From Octopus vulgaris (Eukaryota), in contig CATOCA020000001.1 in NCBI GenBank assembly GCA_951406725.2, positions 3,100,001 through 3,164,000 on the forward strand: 64,000 nucleotides of DNA, read 5' to 3'. The notes under the pieces were generated by a model. That model did not search any database, had not been told where the DNA came from, and saw only the letters and a program-made list of their open reading frames with translations. Positions 1-13,457 of this stretch are shown in pieces (position 1 is the first letter of the stretch; the number at the start of each line of letters is the position of its first letter). Both the position numbers and the translations under genes were made by a program.

Positions 1-40
<40 letters not shown>

Positions 41-51
<11 letters not shown>

Positions 52-430
52 ATGGTAACCTTGCTCCACAGCCACACACTTTCTAGTTCAGTCCCATAGC
101 ATGGCACTTTGGTGAGTGTCCTCTATTAAACACTTGGGGTGACCAAAACCTTGTAAGTGAAAATAGTATGTAGAAACCGAAAGAAAGCCGCCGTATTTAA
201 GTATGTATATATCTGTGTGTGTGTCTCTGTGTGTGCACGCGCCCCAGCTACAGCTTGGTAACCGGTGATGGTATATTTACTTTCCCGAAATTTAATGATT
301 CAGTAAAAGATACCAATAGAATAAACAACAGGTTTTTTTAAAAAAAAGTAATGTGGTCGATACATTCCAGTCAAAATTCTTCAAGGCTCCGCACCAGCAT
401 GGCCTCAGTCTATTACCGGAAACGATGAAA
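41..430 (+). mobile_element. Degenerate tRNA-derived SINE (same family as 7588)
   Basis: Diverged copy with gttcagtccc B box, gaaaccgaaagaaagcc core and ccagcatggcc tail. Confidence 0.7.
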
Positions 431-739
431 GGATTATATATTGTGTTTCGTTAACCAGATGGAGAAAGTATCCTCCTAGGGTTAAAACGATATAGTAATA
501 TTGTTGTATGCAGAACTACCACGTTGAGGTGGTGACACGCATTAGTTTTTCGTAGTGTTACCTAGGTTACCTGGGTTACTACTGTTCTTATTCAGATTAG
601 TAAACAATAAATATAAAGAATATTACTTGTCAGTACAACTACTGAGTCGATCTTTTATATTCTCATATTTATTTCAAAATTTCTAGATTTTATTGAGCAA
701 TATTCAAATGGTAATGATAACAGAATTTAGAACTGAAAA

Positions 740-1400
740 TCTGTCAATGTTGAAGCACCCCAGGGTAAACAATATGCATTCTGGACTTTTTTGTTGGTGT
801 CGAAATTAAAGATAATTGTTGCTGCTTCGAACTCGAGAGCAAGCAACATAGCGTTGCCCGTGGGAGAAGCATGTTATCGAGAGATCAAGTCCAACTAGCT
901 TGAAGGATTGACACTGAGATTTGTTAAATGTAATACCAAAAATTAGTTTGACTGGAAATTGAAGCGTCTTAAATTCAAATGGAATATCTGTGGGTGTGAG
1001 AGGAATCTTTGATCTAAAGACATTTTCTCCTTTGTGATTGTATGAGATGGGACTTCACGGGAGTAAAAATTAAGCGAGTTCCATTACACGGGTGAGATGG
1101 TTCAAGAATCCTAAGCAGCAAAATGGGAGCACCGGGTTTTAGTGTCAAATTATGCGGTGGCGTCCCAGTGGGTTGAGAAATTCAACAGGGTGTTGAACAA
1201 CCTCATCTTGATCGACTGTTGTCAATTGATCGAAAGTCATTTTTCTTGTACCTGTTGAATTTTGAAGAATTTCATTATAGAGTTTATCGACCGTTTCATT
1301 AGTGGGGGGGGGGTAGAGCTGTTTCACATGGCCATTTTACATCAGTGTAATTGGTTGATAAATTAGGAAATACTTTACCCATAGATCCCTAAGAAAAAGT
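740..1400 (-). mobile_element. Helitron remnant (PIF1-like helicase C-terminus, frameshifted)
   Basis: Minus-strand fragments HPVEFLNPLG, PPHNLTLKPGAPILLLRIL..CNGTRL, RFQFPV, ITFNKSQ, CFSHGQRYVACSRV. Confidence 0.8.
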
Positions 1401-2207
1401 ATCATTTGACCGCATGTAATTTGATGTAGTTGAATCTTATAAATATATATATATATGTATATGTGTGTGTGTACAAGTGTATAATTATATGCATAAGCAT
1501 ACATACATACATACATACATAAATACACGCGCACAATCTTCTCTCTTCGCTCCTTTACGCCATTTGGGCTCAACTCTCTCCCCTTCCCTCCTACTTCCTC
1601 CCACCCAACTCTCTCCTCTTGTCCCGTCTCCTACTTCTCTTTACCCCTACTCTCTTTCCCTCTTCTCTCTTACTCTTTTTCTTCTCTCTTTCTCTCTTCT
1701 CTCTTACTCTTTTACCCTCTCTTCCTTTCTCTCTCTTCTCACATACCCACCTTCCCCTCCCCCTTCTTCGTCAACCGTCCCCCATAAGCCTACCCCAACC
1801 CTACAAATTCCTACTCTACCTTCCCTATCATTCCCATCGGGGCATAAATAAAAATTATTAAGTATTTTAGCTGTAAAAATGACAAAATATATGTTAGCTG
1901 TGCGAATAAGAAAAAAAACTGTTTGGACAATTTTAAAGTCTAAATAATTTAAAATTAAAGTACGTAAAACACATATGATACATAAAGTAAGCTAAATTTC
2001 TATACTATAATCTATATTCATTACTTTATGCATTTATTTTATAAACTTCTTAGTTTAATCTTATTCTAATTATGTAATATACACTATATGATTACGTGCT
2101 AATTTATACACATTATACTCCTAGAAATTATAACTACAACAATTAGTATCATAAAATAGGGTTTACATATTCACACAAATTAGTTAAAGTTATTATATAA
2201 GTAATTT

Positions 2208-2383
2208 AAATTATAACCTTTCCTATTATTAGAAGTCGACCTTATGTAAAACGCATTTCAATTATAACCTTTCCTATTATTAGAAGTCGACACTATGTAA
2301 AACGCTTTTAAGTTATAACCATTGCTATTATTAGAAGTCGACCCTAAGTAAAACGCATTTAAATTATAACCTTTCCCATTATT
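2208..2383. repeat. ~54-bp minisatellite, ~3.3 copies
   Basis: Repeated aattataacctttcctattattagaagtcgacc..tgtaaaacgcattt. Confidence 0.8.
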
Positions 2384-2514
2384 ATATATCAAAGTCACTA
2401 CACATTTATAAACTACATCATCAAAATTAATTTTTTTTTTTGATGAGGTGAATAACGTCTTTCACTATTGAATTTGCTTAATAAAGGTTTTTCTTTAAAT
2501 AATATATATATATA

Positions 2515-4282
2515 TATTTTTTCTAGTTTCAGCTCAGAGCTGCGGCCATGCTGATGCACCGCCGTTTTGTGCTACACTATTATTACGACGAACCTCGTCT
2601 AATATGTGGCACTTGGTGAAGAATGGAGTTTGATATAGCTACTCTCATTTGCACCTCTTGCCGTGAGGTAGGTTCATCTGGGACTCTCGACAGGAAGATG
2701 TCCAGCTTTGATTTAAAAACCGCTACATCTACTTTGTGCAAGTTCCTCAGACTCTTTGGGAGAATATTAAAAAGCTGTGGGCCCTTGAAATCCAGGCTGT
2801 TGCAGAACCTGGTCGTGAAGCATGATGGCATTGCTGGGATCTTTGGCACTATGCAGTGTCGTCCCGTTCTAGCATTGGTGTAGCTTACAATGCCAAAATT
2901 TGGCACAATTCCTTCCAGGATCTTCCAGACATATATTACTGCATACCTCTCCCGTCTTCTCTCCAGGGAGTAGAGTCTTAGCTGTTTCAACCTTTCCCAG
3001 TAGCTGAGCTGTTGCAAAGAGACGATCTTCTTTGTGAATCTTCTCTGGATTGCTTCAAGGTCCGCTGTTAATTTTACACTGGTGGGTGACCATAGCTGTG
3101 AGCAGTAATCCAGGCGACTGAGGACGATGTCCACCAGAGGACCATCATGGTTTCCTTATTTCTGGTTCTGAATGTTCTTAGGATCCACCCAGCCAGTCGT
3201 CTGCACTTTGTCGCCATCCTGGTAATGTGCACTTGGAAAGAGGTATCATCACTCATGTCGATACCCAGGTCCGTCACAGACTTAGGCTCTGGGATTGAAA
3301 TTCCCTGTGGACCGGTGTATCCTGTAAGTTTAATATTGAGTTTTGGGTGCTGGTAGCGCAGGGCCTGGAATTTTTCAGCATTAAACTGCATATTATTATC
3401 CTCAGCCCATCTGTAGATTGACTCCAACTCCTGCTGCAGGTGTGCTACATCGCTGGGGATCTGTATTTTCTGCGAGACTTTCGTATCGTCTGCATAGCTG
3501 GCCAGAGTGGCTATCCAGGCATTTGAGGGCATATCTGAGAGGGCCACTATAAAAAGCAGTGGTCCCAAGACAGTGCCCTGTGGAACACCGCTCACTATTT
3601 GTGTGTTCATAGAGGTGGCTCCATTAACCACTACTGCCTTGCTCCTATCTTTCAGGAAGTCATGCAACCACACTCCAAGTTTTCCAGCTATGCCGAGGTC
3701 ACGTAGTTTGTGGCATATCATACCATGATCCACCTTGTCAAAAGCTTTTGCAAAATCAAGGTAGATTACGTCCACATTTGATTTGTTGAGTAACTGCCTC
3801 AACACCCAGTCATAATGCTGTAAGAGCTGGGTCAGGCAGCTCCTACCTGGTCGAAAACCATGCTGGGTATCACTCAGCAAGTTATTTTCCTCAAGGAATG
3901 CGACTAGTTTCTTTCTGACTATCCGTTCCATGACTTTGCTGATGTGTGAAGTGAGAGAGACAGGCCTATAGTTTTTGGCATCTGCTCTACTTCCCCCTTT
4001 ATGTATTGGGCATATTATTCCCTCCTTCAGGTTGCTTGGCAGTTTGTCATTCGCAAGAATGCTCTGGAAGAGAATCTTGAGGGGTTTTGCCAGGGCATGC
4101 TTACACGCTCTGAGGTGGATGGCTGGGAAACCGTCTGGACCAGCAGCTGAGTTTGTGTCCACTTCATCTATGGCTAGTAGGACATCTTATTCGCTAATAT
4201 CAATACATTCTATTGTAACCGCCTCACTGGTTATAGGGGACGCGGCAAAGAAGTCCACTGGTTCGTTCACTTGTCTGTGTTC
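2515..4282 (-). mobile_element. 5'-truncated CR1/L2-type non-LTR retrotransposon (RT domain, one frameshift near 3130)
   Basis: ORFs 3074-4162 and 2583-3134: AGPDG, NYRPVSLTS, QHGFRPGRSC, YLDFAKAFDKV, SGVPQGTVLGPLLF, YADD, LYSLERRRER. Short 3' UTR at 2515-2582. Confidence 0.93.
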
Positions 4283-4377
4283 CAATATATATATATTTAT
4301 TATATATTTTGAAATTTGATTCAGAATTCCTAAATTGAATTTTTCCCAGTAAGTTTGGAATTATATTCCCTAACATA

Positions 4378-4516
<139 letters not shown>

Positions 4517-4687
4517 CCTGACTTCAGACAGAAGGTAGACAGTTTTTACTTAAAACGTCTCCTGATAATTTGATAAGATGAAATACATCGAAACCGGTAA
4601 TATTAATATTTTATTTATATAATCTTTTATTAAATCCCCTCTGAAATTGAAATGTCTTTGAACAAATTCTGTGCTATTTCCACCTTC

Positions 4688-4744
<57 letters not shown>

Positions 4745-5019
4745 TAGGGAGTAAATCCAACTTACAGGTAAAAATTAGATTTAGGATTAATATATATATA
4801 TATATATATATTAAAAATTTATAAAAAAATATTTTAAAATTTATAAATATAAATTTAAAAAATTTAAATCTAAATAATTTAAATTTTAAATTTTATATTT
4901 TATATATTTTGTATATTATATTAATTATATTTATTTTTATGTTTTGGTTTATGCTTTTCACTGTTTTATTTGCCTAATAGTGGTTTTATCTCTAATTGAA
5001 TTTATATATATATATATAC

Positions 5020-5050
<31 letters not shown>

Positions 5051-5867
5051 TGTATGTATGTATGTATGTATGTATGTATGTATGTATGTATGTATGTATG
5101 CAAATACACATATTTCCTCAGAATATCAGACTTTTGTCCCAAGCTGTACATAGTCCGAATGGAAACAGGATTGAGTGAACAATCGAACAAAGCCATGGGT
5201 GAGAAGAGGCGAATCTTCAACACTGATGCAGTGTTCTTGTTATAATATGTCGCCCTAGGAAGGATAAGCTGAGGAAACGGTCCCACAAACAGTTCTATTC
5301 CCTTAAGAATGGTGACAGCCAAGAGTGGCACCACAGCAGTCAAGTGGAAGGGTCTGGTATTTGTAACCACATGGGTCCAAGTTCAGTCTACTCCGAATCG
5401 GAGCTAATGGATTATGCGAGAATTCGATTGACAGCAACTGAAAGTAGCCTGATGTATGTATGTGTGGGTTTGTGCCCCGGGGGATGGGATTTCGACGACC
5501 ACTGCTTGACCATCGGTAGGGTTCTGGTTACGTCCCTATACTGAGATGTTCAGTAAAAACAGAACCGATGGGGATAAGGAATAGAATTAGCAAGTAGATA
5601 CATCGAGTTGTTCCACTGAAAACTTCACGGAGCTGCCCCAGTCTGGCCGCAGTCCAATAACTAACGCAATTAAAGAAAAATGTTATATTTATACATGAAG
5701 AGACTTGATAATATATTCAAGTCTATTCCTATTTTCAGTACACACACACACACACACACGCGTACTCACATGCATAAATACACACATATATATACATATA
5801 TATAAACATAAGTGAATATACACACTAACATACATATACATACACAGCTCTATGCTCACATATTTGC

Positions 5868-5950
<83 letters not shown>

Positions 5951-6400
5951 ACGTATATATATATATATATACATATATACATAAATATATATATAAGTAT
6001 GTATGTATATACATATATACGTATATATATATGTACATACATGACTACACATGCACCCGTACATACTTATATGAGAGTGGGTTCATACTTTCCTTAACAA
6101 CCCATGAAAGTTATAAATGAGTGCCTGGGATTATTTCCCAAATCCCATTGCTACGCACCCATTTATCCGCTCGATGTCACCATCATAAAGCTGTTTCCAT
6201 GGCTGTCATTTCATAACTTCCTGTGCTGTGGCTGAAATTCATCTTCTTCCTTTCATTCTGTATTTATTTTCTCACACTCCTCCTCTACCAACATTTTAAT
6301 TACAGCATTTTGCTTTTGCTAGCTTTCAAATAAATTGATATATTTTTTAAGTGGTCATTTATTAGTATTGCACCATGACTACCAAGATAGAGAGAACGTG

Positions 6401-6493
<93 letters not shown>

Positions 6494-6888
6494 CGCGCAT
6501 GTTAATTGCTCCTGAAGTGCCGCTCATTAAATGAGTGAAAACTTATTTTGTCTTCAACGCATAATCGTGAATGTCGTATAAGAAAGTATTTAATAAATCC
6601 CAAATAAATTCTGTAACATTTAATTCATTTTTGGCTGTTCCTAAATTCCCTGATCTGGCTTTATTACAGCCAAAAAGCTTCGTAAGACCCGGTCCAGTAT
6701 AACCATTGCAACTTCGATAATTAACACGAAACTTCATTGCGCTAAACGATAATGCGCTTGCTTTGAATCATAGTAAAGGTAACACAAGAAATATAAAAAA
6801 TAAAGTATGTAGTAGGAAATTATATGTACACAGAAACACACACACACACACATACATACATATATATATGTATATATATGTATGTATG

Positions 6889-6954
<66 letters not shown>

Positions 6955-6958
<4 letters not shown>

Positions 6959-7155
6959 GTTACATTTACTCAATAGTCAAGATAAAACTCTGAGTTCCAG
7001 ATGCCGAAGTGGAAATCCACAACACCATCTCTTCGGTTATCTGGCCATCTGAAAAACGCTATGAAAAAATAACCGAAGAGATGGTGTTGTGGATCTCCAC
7101 TTCGGCATCTGAAACTCAGAGTTTTTTCTTGACTATTGAGTAAATGTAACATATT
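6955..7155. repeat. Near-perfect ~85-bp inverted repeat (hairpin/MITE-like)
   Basis: gttacatttactcaatagtcaag...ctcttcggttat pairs with ataaccgaagag...cttgactattgagtaaatgtaac; ~28-bp spacer. Confidence 0.9.
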
Positions 7156-7232
7156 ATTTTATAGATAAATTTCCTCTATTAACATAATATTGAGATCTCT
7201 TTCTTTCTTTTCTTATCTTACCGTTTTTACCA

Positions 7233-7307
<75 letters not shown>

Positions 7308-7587
7308 CCTGTCTATTTCTATATATGGAAAACTTGCTTCGCAGCGACATGCTTGCGAATTTAGTCCCATTGCATGACACATTGGTGAGTGTCCTCTACT
7401 CTACACTCGGGGTGACCAAAACCTTTTAAACGGAATTAGTAGATAGAAACTGAAAGAATTCCGTTGTATTTAAGTATGTATATATCTGTGTGTCTATGTG
7501 TGCTACCCCGCTTAAGCTACCGCTTGGCAACCGGTGCAGGTTTGTTTACGACCCCATCAGTCAATGGTTAAGCAAAAGATATTGATA

Positions 7588-7986
7588 GGCGCAGGAGTGG
7601 CTGTATGGTAAGTATCCTGTTTACCAACCACATGGTTCCGGGTTCAGTCCCTCTTCGTGGCATCTTGGGCAAGTGTCTTCTACTATAGCCTCGGGCCGAC
7701 CAAAGCCTTGTGAGTGGATTTGGTTGACGGAAACTGAAAGAAGCCCGTTGTATACATGTATATATGTATATATGCGTGTGTGTGTCTGTGTGTCTGTATT
7801 TGTTCCCCTAGCATTGCTTGACAACCGATGCTGGTATGTTTATGTCCCCGTTACTCAGCGGTTCGGAAAAAGGGACTGATGGAATAAGTACTGGGCTTAC
7901 AAAAGAATAAGTCCCGGGGTCGAGTTGCTCGGTTAAAGGCGGTGCTCCAGCATGGCCGCAGTCAAATGACTGAAACAAGCAAAAGA

Positions 7987-7992
<6 letters not shown>
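7588..7992 (+). mobile_element. Full-length tRNA-derived SINE, nested in an older SINE copy
   Basis: GGCGCAGGAGTGGCTGTATGG A box, GGTTCAGTCC B box, central (TA/TG)n, 3' ggcggtgctccagcatggccgcagtcaaatgactgaaac; followed by (GA)n. Confidence 0.85.
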
Positions 7993-8039
<47 letters not shown>

Positions 8040-8249
8040 AATAACAGATTTTACAAAAAAGTAATGCGGCCGATATATTCCAGTAATAATTCTTCAAGGC
8101 TCTGCCCCAGCATCGCCGCAATCCCTAAAAGAATAAAGAGGTTATATATATATATATATATTGTCGCTAACCAGCAGGAGGAGGCTACGATTGTAGTAAC
8201 ATTATTCTATGCAGAACAACCACGTTGAGGTGGGGAGAATTCTCTCTTT

Positions 8250-8453
8250 CTCTCTTTTACTCGTTTCAGGCATTTGACAGCGGCCATGCTGGAGCACCGC
8301 CTTTAGTCGAGGAACCCACCCCAGGACTTCTTTATTCTTTGTAAGACGAGTACTTATTCTATCAGAATCTTTTGCCGAACCGCTAAGTTACGGGGACGCA
8401 AACACACCAGTATCGGCTGTCAAGCGATGTTGGGAAGGACAAACACAGACACA

Positions 8454-8455
<2 letters not shown>
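8250..8455 (-). mobile_element. SINE 3' half
   Basis: Reverse complement of the 3' half of the 7588 SINE. Confidence 0.75.
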
Positions 8456-8527
<72 letters not shown>

Positions 8528-8588
8528 TACGACGAGAGAAAAGAATGAAAAACAAGATATATATTAGTTTAGCGATATATATATATCT

Positions 8589-8628
<40 letters not shown>

Positions 8629-8888
8629 TTGTTTACCATTAAAAACACCGAAACGATGCATCGTATAAAGACGAATTAGGGTAAACGTTTTTAAATTTTC
8701 ACCTAATTTCTGAATTACTACTACTTAGCGGTTTGAGTTCTGGCTGCTCTTTCTAGTGGACGAATGGCCTATTAAGGCCATTCCTAAATTGTTTAATTTT
8801 ATATATTTAGTCATTGACTATTTTCTCTTACCCACTAGACCGCTGGTAGCGATAAATTTCTATTGAATTTTTTGCTACCCTAAATTGA

Positions 8889-8947
<59 letters not shown>

Positions 8948-9007
8948 CAGATATATATATCGCTAAACTAATATATGTCTTGTTTTTCATTCGTTTCTCT
9001 CGTCGCA

Positions 9008-9045
<38 letters not shown>

Positions 9046-9069
9046 TATGTGTGTGTGTATGTATGTAGG

Positions 9070-10303
9070 TATCGGATTGGTGCACAAGTAATGTCCTATT
9101 GAAAGATCTAAGGTAAAGATGAATAAGTCAACGACTTTGGAAGTATTTATTCCTTAACTCACTCTCAGTTGGTTTCAATGACCTTATTCCATCTTTCAAA
9201 AACCTCATAAATGCCTCGCTTTTAAAATTCTGTAGGTTTAGAACGAAAATATGAATCCAACTCATTTTCAATCTTTTCTCTGGTGGTTAAGTCCATCAAA
9301 ATAGTTCTGTAGTCCTTGGAACGAATGGTAATCAGAGGGAACAAGGTCAGGAGAATATGGAGGATGAGGCTGTATTTTCCAACCAAGTTCTTCGAAGAGA
9401 GTTTTCGTTAGTCGTGCTGTGTCATGATGGAAGATGACACCCCTTCTGTTAACCAAGGGAACTTGATTTTTGGCTCAGAACTGTTTTCAAACGACGAAGT
9501 TTGTCACAGGAAAGCTAAGCATTAATTGTTTGGTTGTTGACCAACAGTTCACAATGAATTACTCCTTTGATATCCCACCATACACTCAACATGATCTTCT
9601 TTGTAGGATGTCCTGCTCTCGGTTGTTGAACTGGCCATCCTCCTCGACTGATCCAAGAACGACAGCGTTTAACATTATGGTAAAGAATCCACTTCTCATT
9701 ACCTGTAACGAGCCTGTCTAAATATGTTGCTTGAAAGTATCGCGAAAGCAATGATTGGCCACAAGCAGCATGCTGTTGTTGATTCTCTGGAGACAGCTCC
9801 TGAGGGACCCATTTTCCAGGCACTGAAACCGGCCCAATGTGTTTTAGCTGGCGTACCCCAATTGTATGGGCCATGTTCAACTGTTCTGCAAGTTCCCTAG
9901 TGGTAACGGTAAAGTTCTCTGAAAAAAGAGCTTTCAACATTTTGGAATCAAGTTTTTTTGAATGACCCACTTTTGGCTCTTCTTTCAAAGGGAAACCACC
10001 ACTTTGGAAATCACCTCTTGCAACTTCTTTCATCCCCATAACTGCTCTGAGTAGATCTTGCTGACGCACTTGCGTTTAGACCTTTATAAATCTCGAAGAG
10101 CATACCATTTCCTATGTGACCTTTAGAAGGGACAAACATGGTAGTAAAGGTTTTTGAGAATTATGGCCAGAAGTTTGATAATCTTAAAGAAAATAGTACA
10201 AATAAGACACAGAGATATATTAAAACTATAAGAAATGGTTTAAAAATTGATAAATTCGCTCTGAAACATTTTTTCTAGAAATCTGACATTACTTTTGCAC
10301 CAA

Positions 10304-10306
<3 letters not shown>
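9070..10306 (-). mobile_element. Mariner (Tc1/mariner) element remnant with TIRs
   Basis: TIRs attggtgcacaagtaatgtc / gacattacttttgcaccaat; transposase motifs WVPQEL, VTGNEKW, MLSVWWD, HHDTAR, PYSPDLVPSDY; frameshifted. Confidence 0.9.
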
Positions 10307-10344
<38 letters not shown>

Positions 10345-11775
10345 CCTGACTGCGTCCTTGCCCACCTAGTGACTTCCCTCCCCTCTCACATCCATGACAC
10401 CAACCATGCACTTCATTTGTTCAACTCTTTCTCCTTCCCTCCTGGCCCCTCAAAATTTCTCTTCACTCTCGACATCCAGAATCTTTACACGGTAATCCTT
10501 CAACTCGAGGGGCTGCGGGCACTTCAACATTTCATTGACCTTCGACCTAACCCCCAACCCAACACTTCCACACCCATTCGTCTGGCCGAAATTGTTCTTT
10601 CACTCTGATTTTCGTTCGCTGGTGCATTTTACCAGTAGTTTTCGGGAGTGGCCATGGGAACGAGAATGGGTCCCAACGATGCGAACCTGTTCGTTGGCTA
10701 CGTTGAGTCCCAAATATTCTCCGGTTTCACTGGTCCCACTCCCGAACTATACGGTCGTTATATTGACGACTGTATTCGTGCGACCTCACTCTCCGGCGAA
10801 CATCTAGATTCCTTCCTCTCTTTTGTCAAATCTTTCCATCCAGTCCTCCACTTCGCCTGCACTATCTCAGACACCTCTGTCACCTTTCTTGACGTTTCGG
10901 TCAGCATCCATCACTCCACTCTCACCACCTCCATCCACTACAAACACACAGACTCACACTCATACCTCAAATTCACCTCCTCCCACCCTAAACACATTAA
11001 TCTTGCCATCCCCTATTCTCAATTCCTCCGTCTACGCAGGTTCTGTAGTGACGACCTTGACTTTGAGACTCAGTCTCAACTCATGGCTCGCCAGTTCATC
11101 CTACGTGCATATCGCCTCACCACTATCCACACCACCCTTGCCACTGCCCGTTCGATGGATCGTGCATCTGTTCTCTACCCCGCACCAGCGCCGCCGTCCG
11201 CCGTCTCCCATTTCCCATCACCGACCCACCACCACCCCATCTCTCCAACACAACATTCTCGGAGACTTCCAGCGATTCCAGTTCGACCCCTCCACTTCGC
11301 ACATCTTCCATAACCGACCCCTCCCCTTCTTCAAAAGAGCCCACAGCCTACAAGACCACTTGGTATACAGCTTCTTCGCGAACCCAACCTCCCAACATGG
11401 CTCGTTCCCTTGCTCCCGCCCACGCTGCCGCACTTGCCCTGACCTCCCCAACATCAGCCTCCTCCCCGCCACATCGACCCTATCGCATCACCGACTCCTT
11501 CACCTGCACCTCTACCAATGTCATCTACTGCATCTCCTACTCTCTCTGCCCTTCTCTATACATCGGGCAAACGGGACGCCGCTTGGCCGACCGTTTCGCG
11601 GAACACCTCCGAGACATTCGACTCGGCAATGACACACCGGTCTCTCGCCATTTCCGCTCTACCGGTCACTCTTTGCAACACATGTCTGTGCTTGGATTGT
11701 CCTTGCACAGGGGCCATCCGGACTCCCGTTTGCGCCGTGAACAGGGATTAATCTTCTCTCTTCACTCCCTGGTCT
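10345..11775 (+). mobile_element. Penelope-like element remnant (RT + GIY-YIG endonuclease)
   Basis: AMGTRMGP, RYIDD, FLDV, YKHTDSHSYL..SSHP, IPYSQFLRLRR; then NVIYCI..YIGQTGRRL..RF.EH (GIY-YIG); several stops and frameshifts. Confidence 0.9.
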
Positions 11776-12179
11776 CCCCTCCCCTCTCTCCCCCCTCACA
11801 AATACTTCCCATCCACCTGATCTTTCTTGCTCCGACTTCTACTTCTTCTCTTCACTCCTTCTCTCCCTTCTTCTCTTCACTCCTACCCACCTTCTCCCTA
11901 CCCCTTCATCGTCACCCGTCCCTCGTGACCCCACCGCACCCCTGCACAATCCCACCCCACCTTCCCAATCCATCCCACACCATCTCTCACACCCACTTCC
12001 ACATACCGCACCTCTACCGCCACCATCAGCCTAAACCACACCCCACCCTAGCTTTCCCCGCCTCTCCCACCTCCCAACACCATCACACCACACCACATAC
12101 CACTGCACTATACACCACCATACCACACGACACTACACCGCATCGCATCACACCACCACGCACACTACAGCACTGACCA

Positions 12180-12920
12180 CTTCCGTTTATAAAGAGAATC
12201 ACAGAGTTGAGTGAGAAGAACCTTTTCGATCGCATTTCCATCTGTGATTCGCTTTAGAAACGGGATGAAAAGGTGTCTTTTTAAAGCAAATTGTGACAGG
12301 TGATGAGAAATGGATTATCTGCCGAAATGTTCGGAGAAAGCGATCCTGGATTAAGCGACATGAGTCACCTGTAGCCACCCCAAAAGCGGGTCTTTACCCT
12401 AAAAAAGTCTTGATTTGTGTCTGGTAAGATTGGAAAGGAATTCTGTACTATGAGATTCTCCCAAGTAACCAGACTCTTAATTCTGACAAATACTGGACAC
12501 AACTGGACGAGTTCAAGAGAAATATCCAGAATTGTCCAACAGGAAGGGTGTTGTTTTCCAACATGATAATGCAAGACCACACGTTTCTTTGAGAAACAGA
12601 CAAAAATTGCTGCAGCTCGGTTAGGATGTGTTACCCAACCCTCCATATTCACCAGATATTGCTCCTTCGGATTTCCACTTATTCAAGTCTCTGCAGAATA
12701 ATCTTAATGCTAAAAATTTTAATTCCTTGGATGATGTAAAAACATACCTTGATGAATTCTTTGCCATGAAAACACCCCAATTCTGGGAAGAGGGTATTTT
12801 CAAGTTAAAGGGAAGATGGAAACGCATTGTGGTTCATATTTTGATGATTAAAAATGTAATGGCAAGTATTTATTGACCTTTTTCTTTCCTTTAAGAATTG
12901 GCACGAACTTTCCAGACAAC

Positions 12921-12925
<5 letters not shown>
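12180..12925 (+). mobile_element. 5'-truncated mariner remnant
   Basis: VTGDEKW, QHDNARPH, PPYSPDIAPSDFHLF; right TIR gaactttccagacaac. Confidence 0.85.
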
Positions 12926-12991
<66 letters not shown>

Positions 12992-13457
12992 CTGTAACTA
13001 GCTAGCTAGAGGCGGTGGCCTCTTGGAGCTAATCAGCGACAGCTTTAGTCTCATATTTATAAGACTGCCATATTAGTATGGCGATAGCTATTAATTTCCA
13101 GTAACGCTGCCGTAATCTCCTTCAGAGAGACTTAGTAATTTTAATATTTCTATTATATATATATATATATGCCTATATAACAGTCAACTAACAAATCTAC
13201 CTGTGTATCTGTGTATCTGTATATAGTGTGGGATTGGGGTGTCACTACCTTCTACGATAAAATGCGGGTGTGAAGTCGGCCTAGTGTACCTTCAGTTCGG
13301 TTTTTTGGGCATGTTGGTAGAATATGGAGGACTGTTTATTTTTTGTTTTCATAAGTCTCAAATGTACATTTAATCTTTCCTAAATGCTTCTAGATCTCTC
13401 ATCAATATATGTCATGTTTTTCTTTTTTTAAACCGTCCTCCTTGCTCCTTGTGCGTA

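Noticed and set aside
2208-2383. Short direct repeats as a CRISPR array
   Set aside because: Contiguous tandem units with no unique spacers; eukaryotic context and no cas genes.
7588-7665. tRNA gene
   Set aside because: The A/B boxes belong to a SINE head; no full cloverleaf and it is followed by the SINE body.
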